Source: Amphiscolops sp. MND2022
Lineage: Eukaryota
Assembly: GCA_964187785.1 (NCBI GenBank)
Contig: OZ076413.1
Location: 36,146,001-36,210,000, forward strand
Direction of reading: 5' to 3'
Length of the DNA stretch: 64,000 bases
Shown here in pieces: positions 61,150 through 64,000 of the stretch. The notes beneath the pieces are model-generated. The model was not told where the DNA came from. It saw nothing but the letters and a program-made list of their open reading frames with translations, and made no database searches. Position numbers and translations under genes: made by a program. The stretch's first letter is position 1, and the number at the start of each line of letters is the position of its first letter.

Positions 61150-61545
61150 ATTCGTGGCGTTTTTTTCCTCCTGACCTCTTCATGAAATTTTCAAATTTCT
61201 CAAAAACTGTCCATACGATTGTCATAAAATTTTGCACAGTGATTCTACGCCCAAAGGGGCCCCTGCATGCGCAACGGCATCGAAATCGTACGACTGGGAT
61301 GCGAGAAACCTAGCCAAAATTAGCCCAAAAATGGCCAAAAAACAATCATTTTTCGGCTTCTTTTCGATTTTCTCAAAAACTGTCCATACGATTCGAACGA
61401 AATTTTTTAGTCATTCTACACCATATTATGGTCCTATGTGTGCAAGGGCATCAAAATCGTATGACTGGGATTCGAGCGAGTCAGAAGGAAAACGACCTAA
61501 GCCGACCCCTTTACCGCAATGCGGCTCTGGTTTTAAATTCCGAAA
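61150..61545 (+). repeat. Interspersed repeat with two internal CAAAAACTGTCCATACGATT...AAAATCGTA(C/T)GACTGGGAT subunits and a GC hairpin near the end
   Basis: Subunits at ~61200 and ~61374; terminal GCCG...CGGC. Confidence 0.55.
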
Positions 61546-62693
61546 AAGCTGAAGAACCTGAAAAGAGACCCTCTAAGTTAGCAAAACTTCTTTTTCAATC
61601 CGTAAACCCAAAAAGTGAAGGTAGTACCATTTGATCGAAATATTTTATTGAAAAAAATCGAAGTTTCAAAGGAATAGGACCTGGAAATAACCCAATCTAT
61701 CACCCTTAAAACTCGGAAAACGGTTGATCTCAACGGTAAACCCCCAAAATTGAAAAATTCAAAATTTGAAGTTACAAAACTTTCGAATACTTTTTCAAAA
61801 AAAATTGTTTTCGAAAAATCACAGTGCCGATAAAAAGGTGACCAGAAAGTGACTACAGTCGCTCTTTTCTAAAGAACAGCGCCGACTAAGAAGGCATCCT
61901 CTGAACCAGAAAACAAGACTGAAAAGCTCAGATAACAGTTTCGAGACACCCCAAGGGTGCCTTTCATGCTCGATAAGACTCGGAAACCACTTTTTTCTCA
62001 ACTGGAAACAAAAAAAACAGTTAAAAAAATCGGATATTCGGAAAATGTTGCATAGTGCCGAAAACGGTAAAGGGGGACCCTTTGGGATTTATTAACATAC
62101 ATTCTGCTGCAAAGTATCAAAAAATTGAAGAGGACCCTTTGATGCAATCAAAAGATTTTCGAAACCAAGTCTCATAGTGCCGAAAAAAATCTAGTTAAAA
62201 ACACCAAAATATCCAAAGGGGGACCTTAGTACGTTCTCGAGGTTCTGGACGTCGGTGTTGTTTTGGACGAGGTTCTGATGTGTCCAGTGTGTTTTGGACA
62301 TTTGCAGTTCAAGTTTAACAAGAATTCTTACTAAAATCTTATGAAAAATATGAATTTTCTGAGATCGAATCATTACAAGATGGACAAAATTCTGAGATTT
62401 TTTGAAAGTCTTCTCCAGGATAATTGTAAAGCCGGGTTTCATGGTTTTTACAGCAGATATTGGTTTAAGGTAAAAATACAAATTTTAGGAACATGGATTT
62501 TAGGGTTTTCAGACAGGATTTGGAAAAATATTAGGCAATCTAATCTAGAGACCTTAAATTTGAAACTCTTCAAGAACAAGACGCCCGCTAAGCACTGGGA
62601 TATTTTCCGCCGTGTTCGCCGCCTTCACCAACTGAGCCATAGCTGTTTTGGGAGGGGGGAATAGAATTTAAAGAATAAGATCTAAACGTTAGT

Positions 62694-62797
62694 GATTTTA
62701 GATCTTATTCATTTTAGATCTTACTCCCGCCCTGAAATTTTAGATCTTATTCCCTTTAGATCTTCTTCCTTTTTTGACTTTAGATATTATTCCCGCT
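62694..62797. repeat. Degenerate short tandem repeat (TTTAGATCTTATTC core, ~5 copies)
   Basis: Seen directly in the sequence. Confidence 0.7.
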
Positions 62798-64000
62798 ATT
62801 TTAGTTACTTGACTATTTTAGTTACTAGTAGCTATATAAAATAGTCAAGTAATCAAAATGTGGAGATTTGGCAAAATTTGGAAAAAAAACGCATCACAGG
62901 TCAAGATTTTCCTCCCCCAATTATAAAATAACAAATGAACAAAAAAGTGGACCTTTCAGTGTGAGGTATGTGGTCTGGAGAAAAAAAGAGTCGAGAATTC
63001 TTTGCTTAACAAAAAGCGCCGACTAAAAACGCGCATTTCTTCAATTGAAAAGTCATAAACCCGAAATTCAGGAAATAACTTTAAATCTTCCTCGATAAAA
63101 TGTTAAAAACATCAAAAGTCAAAAAACCCACACGGTCGTCTACCTTTGAAAACATGAAGAAAATTGTCCCACAGGGCGGATTCGAACCCATGCGAACTTG
63201 CTTCTCAGACGCACCCAGTCAGCTCGTCATCAGCATCGAGTTGTTTCTAGCAGAAATTGTTAGGAAAATTTTTCGTTAAAAACTCCCGCATTAAAACTAA
63301 AACTTCTCACTTAAGTAAATGAAAACAATTTTTTTCTACAACTGAAAACTGAATTCGAACTCGAACCAGTTTAATTTCTGCCTTCAATTGCTCTGAGACA
63401 CTTTCCATTTCAATGTAGTCTCCAATGTGTCAAAAACATGTCCATATTGTCTTGATACATTTAGAAATTTTACTAAAAAGCAACTAGAAAAACTGTTACT
63501 GTAATTTGCCATCAGGGAATAACGAAGAACAGTGATAGCTTGATTGGTGGACAGATTCCGCTGACTAAAGACTTTCAGAACAGCAGAAATATGCCAAAAA
63601 TTATAATTTAGAAAAAGAAAGTTTGGTATTTTTAATTTTTTAAATTTTATATGTAATAGTATATTTTTCGATGCACATCTGACTTTTGTTTCGCTCCGAG
63701 TTACAGCTGAATAGCAAAATTGAGAAGTTTTTCACTGATATCCATCAAATCATGCTCAATCAGGACGGCTAATTGCACAGTCGGCCAACTGCACGGTCGC
63801 CGTACGAAACATGTGAATGTAAAAGGAGATTACGTATTGTAGCGACAAGTTCGAAGTTGAACAGACTCATCTTGTTTTTAACCAACAACATACCATAAAA
63901 TTTAGCATAATGTTTCGTGAGTTGTTAAACTATGTGGATATCATTTTCTAACCTACCTAATTTTGCCTAACAAGTCATCAAAAATGTCAGAATTTGGATT

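Noticed and set aside
63168-63235. Further tRNA-like sequence on the minus strand
   Set aside because: Only a B box is recognisable; too degenerate to call.
1-64000. Unidirectional piRNA-cluster signature
   Set aside because: TE fragments lie on both strands (Bel plus, PolB mostly minus, LINE pieces both). Orientation alone gives no support, and small-RNA data would be needed.

Overview
AT-rich animal genomic DNA with spliceosomal introns and no prokaryotic features. The repeat families resemble ones I associate with acoel worm assemblies, which is unverified recall. About 80% of the window is transposon-derived. (1) 1-3.7 kb: decayed Bel/Pao LTR retrotransposon. (2) 4-26 kb: five-unit tandem array of a chimeric ~3 kb unit containing a Polinton-type PolB fragment, the 3' end/LTR of a Bel element, a MITE half and a possible GPCR-like remnant. 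Unit 4 carries a full-length 8.0 kb Bel/Pao provirus (5-bp TSD, ~99% identical 1.34 kb LTRs) whose LTR holds a 169-aa antisense ORF. (3) 25-35.5 kb: PolB pseudogene, LINE with an SGNH-esterase ORF1 and 22-bp 5' monomers, a long-TIR element and a LINE RT remnant. (4) 37.9-38.8 kb: 3' exon of AMACR. (5) 40.7-52.4 kb: a large imperfect palindrome around a second PolB family whose two arms kept complementary parts of the gene, plus a 3 kb tandem duplication. These repeats carry three disrupted copies of a highly divergent, intron-containing uS5/RPS2-like ribosomal protein gene, each next to a tRNA-like Pol III head. (6) 52.4-58.7 kb: an intact triple-LOTUS ORF head-to-head with the last RPS2-like copy, then a six-exon LAPTM4-like gene. 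(7) MULE, hAT, SINE-like and other repeats. The best novelty candidates are the divergent RPS2-like/tRNA-like/LOTUS neighbourhood and the LTR-encoded antisense ORF. All homology calls are by eye from remembered motifs; no searches were run, and some frameshifts could be assembly errors.
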